Part shown: piece by piece, positions 41,569-50,720 of the stretch
Position numbering within the stretch: position 1 is the stretch's first letter
How the letters are laid out: each line of letters opens with the position of its first letter
Source: Promethearchaeia archaeon
GTDB lineage: Archaea; Asgardarchaeota; Lokiarchaeia; Sigyniarchaeales; SOKP01
DNA: 64,000 bases
Assembly (NCBI GenBank): GCA_046483985.1
Contig: JAWOCD010000075.1
Coordinates: 45,429-109,428 of the forward strand
Reading direction: 5' to 3'
Notes under the pieces: generated by a model
What the model saw: the letters and a program-made list of their open reading frames with translations, nothing else
Database searches by the model: none
Told to the model about the DNA's origin: nothing
Program-made: the position numbers and the translations under genes

Positions 41569-41793
41569 TTATCTTATTTTCCGTGCTTCCCTTTCCACTT
41601 CGCGGAGTATGACCATATCATCAACTCGAACAGGCCCTTTTACATTTCGGGTTAATATCCTATTTTTATCCCTGCCTTCGAGGATTCTGACTTTCACTTG
41701 GGTTAGTTCTCCCGTGAGTCCTGTTCTTCCAATAATCTGAATAACTTGGGCGGGAACAGAATTATCATCGTAAAGGGATTTCTTTTTACTCAC
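41569..41793 (-). CDS. rps28e: 30S ribosomal protein S28e
   Basis: [15 protein letters not shown]...RNVKGPVR. Confidence 0.97.
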   Translation of the reverse strand: MSKKKSLYDDNSVPAQVIQIIGRTGLTGELTQVKVRILEGRDKNRILTRNVKGPVRVDDMVILREVEREARKIR

Positions 41794-41806
41794 CTTGAGT
41801 CACCTT

Positions 41807-42175
41807 CTATTTTAATTCTTCCGTTCTTTGAATAATTTCCTCTAAAATACCTTTATTTCCTTTCCCCACATTTTCTACCGCGACACTTGACGAAGACACA
41901 TTTATTCCGATTGCTTTTCCCAAATCTTTTTGTTTTGAGATATAGGCGTAAGGAATTTTTTTCTCTTCACAGAGTAATGGGATATGATATAAAATTTCTG
42001 GAGGGGTAACGTCCTCAGCCATGACCACCAATTGGGCATTCTTCCGCTCAATTGATTTTGTGACTTCATTTAAACCAGCGCGGATTTTTCCCCCATCCGA
42101 TTCTGCAATAATGCTTAGAGTATTCTTAATTTGCTCCTTTAATTTTTCGGGGAGTTCAACTTTTATATAGCTCAT
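41807..42175 (-). CDS. rpl7ae: 50S ribosomal protein L7Ae
   Basis: G.NEVTKSIER, AEDV.PPEI..HIP.LCEEK. Confidence 0.97.
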   Translation of the reverse strand: MSYIKVELPEKLKEQIKNTLSIIAESDGGKIRAGLNEVTKSIERKNAQLVVMAEDVTPPEILYHIPLLCEEKKIPYAYISKQKDLGKAIGINVSSSSVAVENVGKGNKGILEEIIQRTEELK

Positions 42176-42365
42176 TTTATTTTAACTCGTGTTTTCTCAT
42201 TCAAATATATTGTTTAGAATATATTATCATAAATCATCGATTTTAATGATAAAAGAATTAATTTAAGATATTAAATAAAATTTGTGGTTATTAGAGAAAA
42301 AAGCGGAATATATAGTTGTAACTGATAAAGAGATTTGTTTAATATCCGAGATTTTAAGAGATTTT

Positions 42366-42566
42366 TTATTGCAGTCGAGGAAACTCTAAAAGTTCATCGA
42401 TTAAATCCACATGGGATACGATCATCCGTCTGCAGCAAAAGCGCTCAAGCCCTAACTCTTCAAATGCTTCATCTGAACTGATTCCCTTTTTTTTGTATTC
42501 TAAATAGGGTTTATAGAGGCTTGCGATTTCCTTTCCACAGCTGAAACATCTTATAGGCACAATCAT
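42366..42566 (-). CDS. rpoN: DNA-directed RNA polymerase subunit Rpo10 (N)
   Basis: PIRCFSCG, RFCCRRM. Confidence 0.97.
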   Translation of the reverse strand: MIVPIRCFSCGKEIASLYKPYLEYKKKGISSDEAFEELGLERFCCRRMIVSHVDLIDELLEFPRLQ

Positions 42567-42694
42567 TGATTTTTTTATCTCTAAACAATATTTATTTATA
42601 GTATTAATTTAAAATTTACAATGTACTGTCAATTAATAAGGCAACATAAGATTAAAATTTTATGGTATGATTTTAATTGGAAGAGAAAAATAAA

Positions 42695-42877
42695 TTATTC
42701 TTTCCCGTAATGCTTGGTCCATCTGGTCTTACGGGGGTTTTTCTTGTACACTAATTGAGCTTTACGGCATTTATTGGAGCAAAAATTGAAGATTGAACCA
42801 TTATTTTTCACATACATAACTCCTCTACCAATAGGTATATCCTTTCCGCAAAAGGAACATTTCTTGACCTTAGCCAA
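42695..42877 (-). CDS. rpl24e: 50S ribosomal protein L24e
   Basis: CSFCG..I..G.G.MYV...FCS.KC...PRK..WT; TTG start. Confidence 0.96.
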   Translation of the reverse strand: MAKVKKCSFCGKDIPIGRGVMYVKNNGSIFNFCSNKCRKAQLVYKKNPRKTRWTKHYGKE

Positions 42878-42888
42878 CTTAACTCAAC

Positions 42889-43290
42889 TCACTCCGATTC
42901 CTCTTCTTGGTCTATATTGAATAATTCTGTCTTACCGAACTCTTCAACGACTACATTAATTAATGTCATATCTGCGGTTATTTCATTTCCACGCAGTGTT
43001 TTTCTCCGTTTTGCACCTTCCCGTTTTGGTTTATAACCTACACCTTTCTTAGAAACTAAGACCTTCTTCTTTACAGGTCCGTGTATATCCTTTCTCATAG
43101 GAAATCCGCTTGAATCCGAACCACCGGTTATTTTAAATTCATATCCTGGAAATCCAATTAAATCTCCCTTGATAGTGTCTCCGATTTTCATGCCTTCAAA
43201 ACGGAACTTGCTTTCATCAAGTTCTATTTTACGGGATAATCCTTTTGCATCTCCAGAGTTGGCGGAAATGTTGAGTCTATAGACTGAAAT
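42889..43290 (-). CDS. rps6e: 30S ribosomal protein S6e (133 aa, ATT start inferred)
   Basis: KITGGSD.SGFPMR, RGN; frame is open 33 codons upstream of ATG 43191 to ATT 43290, with GGTGA SD and an in-frame TGA three codons upstream. Confidence 0.9.
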   Translation of the reverse strand: MSVYRLNISANSGDAKGLSRKIELDESKFRFEGMKIGDTIKGDLIGFPGYEFKITGGSDSSGFPMRKDIHGPVKKKVLVSKKGVGYKPKREGAKRRKTLRGNEITADMTLINVVVEEFGKTELFNIDQEEESE

Positions 43291-43459
43291 CTTTCTTCAC
43301 CAAATTAATTTTAAAATATTGTTTAACACTATAAATATTTAAAATAATAAATATTTTTTGCTTTCTATAAGTCTAAGTCTTAAAGAACAAAGATAATAAT
43401 ATTATATAATCATAAATCATAATTAAATATAGAGAGAGCATTGCAATAAGAGGTTTCAA

Positions 43460-44302
43460 ATGCAAATATTTAAAACGATCATCTTAAAAAAATACCCTTA
43501 TATGAAAACAGAGGAAGTAACAGAGGGAGAAACCGTAAAAGAAATATTAAAAGCCCCCGACCATCAAGACCATGTATATTTATTAGTTGACCATGATAAA
43601 AAGCGAATTTTGACCTATAATGGTCCCAAAAGCAGCCTTAAGTTACAAATTTATGGAGGAATCCTTGCTCATAAATTACGGATCCAACTCCGGGGATTTT
43701 ATCGCATATTTCTGCTCAATCGCCATTTAATGGACTCTGACTTCTTTACAGAAGCCTTGAAAAGCCCCTTGGGCGGTGGAAGAGCCGAAGAAATTACCGA
43801 ATCTGATTTTACCGAGCAACACGAATTAGAACAAAAAAGAAAAACTCTCTCAGTTCACCAAGACTTGCAGGTAAATGAAGCCCTAAATTATATTAAGGAA
43901 CTTCCAAAACCAGAAGGTCTTAGACGAGAGTGTATTCTAATAGGAAATAATATATTTGTCGACGAGAAAAAAACAAAGGCGCTTATCACTGATAAGAAAG
44001 AAGAGAAAACCATAAAAAAGATGGGAAAACTCAATACTGGCTTTACTTTTTTCGGGGACAGAAAATATTCTACTCGCCTAATTATAAGGAACAAAAAAGT
44101 GCAAGGAATTGAACTTTTTGTTCCCAAAGACAATAAATCCGAAAAAATTCTCAGCCTCAAAGTCCCCGTTATATATGACGAAAAAGTTTCACAGTCTCGA
44201 GATATCAATCAACTCGTGAAGGCCTTTAATATCCCGGAAGAATACCCGGGAGATGACCAAGATACTCACGGAGAGCCTCACGCCACGTCTTCTCCTTCTT
44301 AA
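43460..44302 (+). CDS. Hypothetical protein with gelsolin-like N-terminal domain
   Basis: DHVYLLVD...ILTYNGPKSS...A..LR resembles the gelsolin repeat D.FILD....I..W.G..S pattern. Confidence 0.55.
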   Translation: MQIFKTIILKKYPYMKTEEVTEGETVKEILKAPDHQDHVYLLVDHDKKRILTYNGPKSSLKLQIYGGILAHKLRIQLRGFYRIFLLNRHLMDSDFFTEALKSPLGGGRAEEITESDFTEQHELEQKRKTLSVHQDLQVNEALNYIKELPKPEGLRRECILIGNNIFVDEKKTKALITDKKEEKTIKKMGKLNTGFTFFGDRKYSTRLIIRNKKVQGIELFVPKDNKSEKILSLKVPVIYDEKVSQSRDINQLVKAFNIPEEYPGDDQDTHGEPHATSSPS

Positions 44303-44408
44303 ACTCTAAATCAATTGAATAATCTCAAGATTAATATTCTAATAATATCTCATTATAAATATAAGCATTAGAAATATTATTTAAAAAAAATTTATGTGAT
44401 GAAACTTT

Positions 44409-45716
44409 ATGTCAGAATTTTATGTAGGCGAGGCCTTGATTGGAGAAGAGCCCAATATGGCTCATATTGATTTGATGATCGGTTCAAAGGATAGCCCTGT
44501 TGCTACAGCGTTTGCAAATAGCATAAGTAACCCTTCTGAAGGTCATGGTGGGCTGCTAGCTTGTATCAGACCAAACTTGTTGCCGAAACCATACACATTA
44601 ATTATTCCTAAGGTGACGGTTTCAAAGTTGCAGGAAGCGAACAAGATATTTGGCCCAGCGCAAGCTGCTGTTGCCAAAGGAGTAGCTGACGCCGTGGAAG
44701 AGGGAATTATTCCGAAGAAAAAAATTAACGATTGGATGATTGTTGCTAGCGTATTTATCCACCCCGAAGCGACCGATTTTAGAAAAATCTATCAATTTAA
44801 TTACGGAGCCACAAAATTAGCAATCAAGAGAGCCTTAGATAATTATCCACCATTGGAGAAAATATTCTATGATAAAGATAGAGCAAAGCATCCGGTAGCT
44901 GGTATGCGAGTCCCCAGATTATGGCGACCACCTTACATTCAGGTTGCTTTAGATCATCCTTCTATTTCGCATCATTCAAAAGTGGTTCCGGAATTACCAG
45001 AAAGTGATCGATTGATTTTAGAAATAGGAACCCCCTTCCTAAAAAAATACGGGATGGAAGCAATTCAAAAAATTAGAGAATTAGCACCCGACAAGTTTAT
45101 CGTGGCAGATTTAAAAACCCTTGATGTGGGTAAATTAGAAGTAGATTTTGCCTTTGATGCAACGGCAGATGCAGTGGTAGCATCTGGACTGGCCTCAGCT
45201 GCTTCAATCGATAAATTCATCTTAGAAGCTCATAGATTAGGTATATATGCGTTTTTAGACACAATGGAATTAGAAGATCCTCTTGCAAAGTTAAAGAAAT
45301 TAGATGAGATTCCCGATGTGGTCATTCTTCATAGAGCAATTGATGTAGAATTAGCAGACAAAGACTCAGATGAATTACAGCGCGAAAAATGGAAATTTGT
45401 CCCAAAGATTAAGGAATTCTATGCAAAAGATAAGTTAGTGTCTGGAAGAGACCGCGTATTAGTCGGAGTTGCTGGGGGAATTGAACCGCAATCGGCGCAA
45501 TATGCAATAGAGATGGGAGCAGACATTTTAATAGTAGGGAGATTCATAACTTCAAGCAAGGATGTGAAAAATTCAGTGCGACGCTTACTCAATATCTTAC
45601 CTGGATACTCTGATATTGATTTGAAACGTATTCATAGTGATGATGACGATACAAACAAAATAAAACAAAATAAAACAAAAAAAACAAAAACAAACAACGA
45701 AGAAAGAATAATGTGA
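44409..45716 (+). CDS. fae-hps: Bifunctional formaldehyde-activating enzyme / 3-hexulose-6-phosphate synthase
   Basis: GEALIG...AHIDL, FGPAQAAVAK, NYGATKLAI (Fae); QVALD, EIGTP, DLKTLD, HRAID, AGGI, VGR (Hps). Confidence 0.95.
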   Translation: MSEFYVGEALIGEEPNMAHIDLMIGSKDSPVATAFANSISNPSEGHGGLLACIRPNLLPKPYTLIIPKVTVSKLQEANKIFGPAQAAVAKGVADAVEEGIIPKKKINDWMIVASVFIHPEATDFRKIYQFNYGATKLAIKRALDNYPPLEKIFYDKDRAKHPVAGMRVPRLWRPPYIQVALDHPSISHHSKVVPELPESDRLILEIGTPFLKKYGMEAIQKIRELAPDKFIVADLKTLDVGKLEVDFAFDATADAVVASGLASAASIDKFILEAHRLGIYAFLDTMELEDPLAKLKKLDEIPDVVILHRAIDVELADKDSDELQREKWKFVPKIKEFYAKDKLVSGRDRVLVGVAGGIEPQSAQYAIEMGADILIVGRFITSSKDVKNSVRRLLNILPGYSDIDLKRIHSDDDDTNKIKQNKTKKTKTNNEERIM

Positions 45717-45759
45717 TTAATACCTTATCCTTTCTTTTTATCCTTCTTCTTTTATTTAT

Positions 45760-45812
45760 TAAAAAAGCAAAAGAAAACTCCCTCCTTTAGGATGGAGATG
45801 AATTTTGCGTTT
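45760..45812 (+). mobile_element. IS200/IS605-type left-end remnant
   Basis: GCAAAA-GAAAACTCCCTCC-TTTA-GGATGGAG-ATGAATTTTGC hairpin preceded by TTTAT; near-identical to 32948-32985. Confidence 0.6.
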
Positions 45813-45913
45813 AAATCACTAATTAATTAAAATTTGCATTTGTTTGTTCTTTAATCTTTAAACAAAAAAAAATAATAAATAAGAAAGTAAATAAATTTTA
45901 AACTTTAAACTGA

Positions 45914-48670
45914 TTATTTTATTGGACGACTGTTTGACAAGAACATAGGACCTATTACCGAAGAATATAGCTTCGCATAACCTTGTTGGGTGGAATGAAT
46001 GCTTATAAGCTCCGATTCTTTATCTGTTGCAGGTGCAATAATGATTTCTTCTGCATCTCGTGTGCATGCGTAATATTCACCTTTAGATGTAAGATTTCTA
46101 AATTGAATATTCCCCAATTCCTTCATCTTCTGAATAATTGTACCGTATTGGTTCATATCCCAATGACTGGTGAGAAGAAATCTTACAGCTTTCTTCTTAA
46201 ATGCAAATTGAGAAATAAGCTTTAATACTTCTGGAATAACTTGGGGCATAACTACAATTACCGAAGACTTTACCCGATAAATTGCATCTTTAATGGCTGA
46301 AATTAGTGCGTTTCGACCAACAGTATGCCAAGTATTAACTTTTGAAGTTTCCTCAATCTTTTTAGAAGCTTGATGAATATCGGAAAGTTTCTCCTCATTT
46401 TTCTCTGCTAATTCGGTGGCATCGTCAATAGAAGTCATAAATTCTAAGGTGAAATTGGCCACTGCATCTTTTGTATCTTTAGTAGTTTCTTGTGTCGTGG
46501 TTGAAAGACTGTTTTGAAGGGTTTTTGCATTCTCTTCATACTTTGCTTTATGATCGGCCAACATATCTTTAAGTTCTTTATTCATTCTGGTAGATTCATC
46601 TTTCCAGAGTTTAATCTCAGCATCAATTTTATCGGAGATATTATTTTTCGAGTTATCGAAATCTCCTCTCACCTTTTTCAAGAGCTTGTCATAAATTTCT
46701 CGCTGTTTTGACTTAACTTCTTCAACGTCATTTTCAAATTGTTGAGAATGTTCATCATTCTTGTTGATTGCCTTTTGAAGATGTTCATTGAGAGTTCTGA
46801 TTTGGTTATCTTTGTACTCATTCAGATTTTGGGTTTGATCATTTTTATAATCTGTGGTATCCCGAATTTGATCTTCGATTTCAGTGGAAATTTCTCTTTT
46901 TGCCCCTGTAAATTTGGTCTCAACATCCTTAACCCAAGTTTCATTATTTCTCTTAATGTCCTTATCAAAATTTGTGTAGTGATGTAAAGTACCTTCTTTA
47001 TGTCTGTTAATTGCCTCATCATAGCTTTTATGATGCTGATTCAGTGATCTTTCTAAGGAATCTTTCAGTTTGAGGGTAGTTTCTGAACAATCTTTAATAC
47101 CTCCTTGTAAGGTATTGTCAATCTCTGAGGCCATATCTGTTGCGAGAGTTTCTAACTCTGCGTTGATAGTATCTTGTGCCTTTTTATCTAAATCATCAGA
47201 CTCCCCGGATAAGGTTTGATTTTCTCGCTTCATAATCTGGTCAATTTCCGATTTTAATTGGTTCGTGGTTTCTTGAGTTTTGTTAATGTATTGATCACTT
47301 TCCTCAATAAAATCTCCTTTCATCGGTTCCGTGTAGGTTAATACATCTTCGATAACTTTTTCATGCTTTGCTCTATATTTCTTTTTCTTTCCAATCCAAA
47401 AGAAACCCTTGTCTGCCATATCTTCCGAGAAATCCGTGAAGTCATTCGCACGAGCTAATAAATTATCAATAAGTTGAAGGGTTTTTTCTTTGAAGTTATT
47501 TGTTTGTTGCTCCAATTCCGAGTGTCGTTCTTCAACGCGTTCTTTTAGTTCTTCTTGAAGAGATTGGCTGGTTCTTTTCACATGAGATACATGCTCATCG
47601 AGTATCTTTGAAATCTTATTTTTCAAATCGGTGATGACCTTATTCATTCTTTCCAGGTACTTTTCCAGAATTTGTTCCATTTTTGGCTTGAGTTCATTTG
47701 ACACATTTTTATGTCTTTCTACATGGTCATCAAGCGATTTCTTTAATTCCTTTTCTAAATTTTCAACTCGTTCAGAAAAATCCGTCAATAAATCTGCAAT
47801 TATTTTATTAACATCCTCTGTTGCAGAATTAATTTTGCTCTCATTATCATTTACCAGAGTCTTAGAAATACTCTTTAAATTAGAATTGAGTGTATCCATG
47901 ATGGAATGAATGTTATTCTCTTCATTTTTTAAACTCTCATTGTGCTTATCGGTAAGTCTTTCTAGCTCAGAATTCTCACTTTGAGTAAGCTCCTCTAAAG
48001 TGTTGTTTTTTGTTTCGGTTAAATTCGTAAGCTCATTATTTAAAGAAGTATTATCACTGGTGAATTTTTGGGAATTATTATCCCATACTTGACTTGTATC
48101 TTCATCCAATTTATCTACATCGTTAGTTAACCGAGAATAATCCTCTTCTAGGGTATTATGTAAATCAGATTCTAATTTTTTGTTGGTTTTTGTAAATCTT
48201 TTCGTTGCTTTATCGATGACTTCCTTCTTATTACTATCTTTGGAATCAGAATCTTTAAAAAAGGCTTGAAGTTGCTTATCAACCGCATTCTCTACCTTTT
48301 CAATACTACCATTTTGGATAGATTCAAGCTTTTCAAATCGCTCATTCTGGTCTGTTAGCAATTTATCTTTTGTGCTTGCGATTTCTTCTCGGAATCTCTC
48401 TGATTGGTTTGTGAAGAGGCTAAAATAGGGCTCAAGGGGTATATATCGATCAACAATTCCCTCAATTTTTTTAAGAAACCCTTTCTCTATTAATTTTTCT
48501 GTGATCTCTTTTACTTGCTCAAGTTTTTCTTCATATTCCTCACCGAGCGAAAGCCATACTTGCGAAACTGTAGCCCGTGGAATTCTTAAGTACCGTAGAT
48601 ATACGTTTATATCGTCTTCCGTCAGTCCTTCTTTTGTAAAGATTTCCTTTGTAAATTCTTTTAATGACAT
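45914..48670 (-). CDS. TrmB-like HTH + about 680-aa coiled coil + C-terminal TrmB/PLD-fold domain
   Basis: GLTEDDINVY...KLIEKGFL...Y.PLEP N-domain; charged heptad/hendecad region; G...I...I...KSSVIVVMP...RDAEEIIIAP C-domain. Confidence 0.8.
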   Translation of the reverse strand: MSLKEFTKEIFTKEGLTEDDINVYLRYLRIPRATVSQVWLSLGEEYEEKLEQVKEITEKLIEKGFLKKIEGIVDRYIPLEPYFSLFTNQSERFREEIASTKDKLLTDQNERFEKLESIQNGSIEKVENAVDKQLQAFFKDSDSKDSNKKEVIDKATKRFTKTNKKLESDLHNTLEEDYSRLTNDVDKLDEDTSQVWDNNSQKFTSDNTSLNNELTNLTETKNNTLEELTQSENSELERLTDKHNESLKNEENNIHSIMDTLNSNLKSISKTLVNDNESKINSATEDVNKIIADLLTDFSERVENLEKELKKSLDDHVERHKNVSNELKPKMEQILEKYLERMNKVITDLKNKISKILDEHVSHVKRTSQSLQEELKERVEERHSELEQQTNNFKEKTLQLIDNLLARANDFTDFSEDMADKGFFWIGKKKKYRAKHEKVIEDVLTYTEPMKGDFIEESDQYINKTQETTNQLKSEIDQIMKRENQTLSGESDDLDKKAQDTINAELETLATDMASEIDNTLQGGIKDCSETTLKLKDSLERSLNQHHKSYDEAINRHKEGTLHHYTNFDKDIKRNNETWVKDVETKFTGAKREISTEIEDQIRDTTDYKNDQTQNLNEYKDNQIRTLNEHLQKAINKNDEHSQQFENDVEEVKSKQREIYDKLLKKVRGDFDNSKNNISDKIDAEIKLWKDESTRMNKELKDMLADHKAKYEENAKTLQNSLSTTTQETTKDTKDAVANFTLEFMTSIDDATELAEKNEEKLSDIHQASKKIEETSKVNTWHTVGRNALISAIKDAIYRVKSSVIVVMPQVIPEVLKLISQFAFKKKAVRFLLTSHWDMNQYGTIIQKMKELGNIQFRNLTSKGEYYACTRDAEEIIIAPATDKESELISIHSTQQGYAKLYSSVIGPMFLSNSRPIK

Positions 48671-48676
48671 AAGTAA

Positions 48677-48777
48677 TTCTCCATATGTGTTATAGGTTCG
48701 AAATTTTAAATTTCTTTTTAGATAAAATTATGTTAATATTAATTTAAATTTCATAACTATTTAATTTTTTAAGGTTT
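48677..48777. repeat. 101-bp direct repeat copy 1 (promoter/5'UTR of the 918-aa gene)
   Basis: 99/101 identical to 50461-50561. Confidence 0.95.
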
Positions 48778-48816
48778 ATAATAAAATATTAACAATACTT
48801 AAATTTTATAATTTTC

Positions 48817-50460
48817 TTAATTTTCGTGATTTTTCTTTAGGATTTTTCCATTTAAAAGTCCAAGGTGTTCCCCCTTATGCGCCGTGGTCTCTCCATTTAC
48901 AATCACACATTCAATTCCTTTTGGATATTGGCGTCCATTGGCATATGTTGAAGTTGCTTCAATAGTGGCGGGATCAAAGATTACGAGATCGGCTTTATAT
49001 CCTTCTTTCACCAATCCCCGATTTTCTAATCCCAATATATTCGCTGGTAGCCCCGTCATCTTGCGAACACCCTCTTCAAGAGGAAACAGTTTTTTCTCTC
49101 GCACATATTCGCCTAAAATCTTCGGGAAGCATCCATATCCTCTGGGGTGAGTATTACTCTCCAAGACTAAAAAGCCATCTGATCCGATACACACGAAATC
49201 TTGCTTAATTAATTCTAATAAGCTCTTCTCTTCGCTCATCTGTTTGAAGGAAATCATAACAGCGCCCTCCTCATCTCGAATAAAGTCTAATATGGCATCT
49301 TTAAATCCTTCATCTGGATATAACATATCCAATGCTTCTCCGAGGAATTTTCCCTCCACCTCATGGTGATGAATGACGGAAATCACACGTGCATTCTTTT
49401 TCGCAAACCAAAAAACAAGCCGGTTCAAGAGAAATTTGGGGATGATTTTTATATACCATGGTAAATCTGACAGGAAAGTTTCGAAAAACATGTCTAAGGT
49501 TTCTTTAATAATACGTTCACGAGTTTGGGGGTCTGTGAGATTTTTATTGAAATCTTCATAAACCCACGGTCGTAATAAGACCCCCGACAAGCTTGTTGAT
49601 CCTTCTTCATAGGGATACATATCTGCATGGATGTTTAATCCTTCTTCTCTGGCTTTTTTAACAAAATTCACCATGTCTGGTGTTAATTTCCATGCAAAAT
49701 TACTTCCCGCCTTCCAATGGGAGATATGTCCTTGAATGCCTGCAGCTTCCGAAATCTGTTTTAATTCCTTCATGCCAACATCAATAACGCCTGTTCCCTC
49801 ATTTCGTATGTGGGAATCGTATATACCACCATATTTTTTAACAACTCTACATAATTCAATTAGCTCTTCAGTAGGTGTGATTGACCCTGGAGGATAAATA
49901 AGTCCCGTACTCATTCCAAATGCTCCTTCTTCCATCCCTTGTTGGACAATATCTTTCATTTCTTGCAATTCTTCCTCGGTCGGATCTCGATTCTCAGTTC
50001 CTAATACGCATGCGCGTACGTTTCCTTGAGGGATAAAAAAAGCGAGATTACATGACACTCCCATTCCCTCGATTTTCTTAAAATAATCAGAGAGAGAATC
50101 GTAAAGTTCCATTTCTTCTTTTCCAAATAATTTCGTCACAAAATTGGCATAGTATTTCCTTACTTTATCATTTGCGGGAGCTAATCCAATTCCACACATA
50201 CCTACCACTAGCGTGGTCACCCCTTGCATAATTTCCGCCTCTGCTTTATTTACGCTCAGGATAGTCAAATCGCCGTGATGATGCATATCTATAAAGCCTG
50301 GACTCACAATTTTACCCGTTGCGTCGATAATATCTTCCCCATCCGCTTCGAGATTTCTTCCAATCTTTTTTATTTCTCCTTTTTTTATTAGGAGATCGCA
50401 TTTAAATCTCTCAGAACCCGTTCCGTCAATAATTTTCCCGTTCTTAATTATCATTTTCAC
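48817..50460 (-). CDS. N-acyl-D-amino-acid deacylase (amidohydrolase)
   Basis: PGFIDMH.H, GMCG, STGLIYPPG, HIRNE, SHWK, GSDG, HPRGYG, ADLVIFD; start GTG 50460 or ATG 50454. Confidence 0.92.
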   Translation of the reverse strand: MKMIIKNGKIIDGTGSERFKCDLLIKKGEIKKIGRNLEADGEDIIDATGKIVSPGFIDMHHHGDLTILSVNKAEAEIMQGVTTLVVGMCGIGLAPANDKVRKYYANFVTKLFGKEEMELYDSLSDYFKKIEGMGVSCNLAFFIPQGNVRACVLGTENRDPTEEELQEMKDIVQQGMEEGAFGMSTGLIYPPGSITPTEELIELCRVVKKYGGIYDSHIRNEGTGVIDVGMKELKQISEAAGIQGHISHWKAGSNFAWKLTPDMVNFVKKAREEGLNIHADMYPYEEGSTSLSGVLLRPWVYEDFNKNLTDPQTRERIIKETLDMFFETFLSDLPWYIKIIPKFLLNRLVFWFAKKNARVISVIHHHEVEGKFLGEALDMLYPDEGFKDAILDFIRDEEGAVMISFKQMSEEKSLLELIKQDFVCIGSDGFLVLESNTHPRGYGCFPKILGEYVREKKLFPLEEGVRKMTGLPANILGLENRGLVKEGYKADLVIFDPATIEATSTYANGRQYPKGIECVIVNGETTAHKGEHLGLLNGKILKKNHEN

Positions 50461-50561
50461 TTCTCCATATGGGTTATAGGTTCGAAATTTTAAATTTCTT
50501 TTTAGATAAAATTATGTTAATTTTAATTTAAATTTCATAACTATTTAATTTTTTAAGGTTT
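50461..50561. repeat. 101-bp direct repeat copy 2
   Basis: 99/101 identical to 48677-48777. Confidence 0.95.
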
Positions 50562-50695
50562 TCTTTGTGATTTCTTCATTTTAAACTCCTTTGGTGTTCC
50601 TTTTTTGGGCAGTAATCTCCCCATTTACCAAGAACTATTCAATCCCCTTTGGATACTGCCGATCATTCGCATATGTCGAAGTTGCTTCGATGATG
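50562..50695 (-). pseudogene. Degenerate 3' fragment of a third D-aminoacylase copy
   Basis: Minus strand encodes IEATSTYANDRQYPKG...VNGEITAQKxxH with indels, aligning to 48820-48965. Confidence 0.8.
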
Positions 50696-50720
50696 ACATA
50701 AAATTCAAGAAATTAAATAT

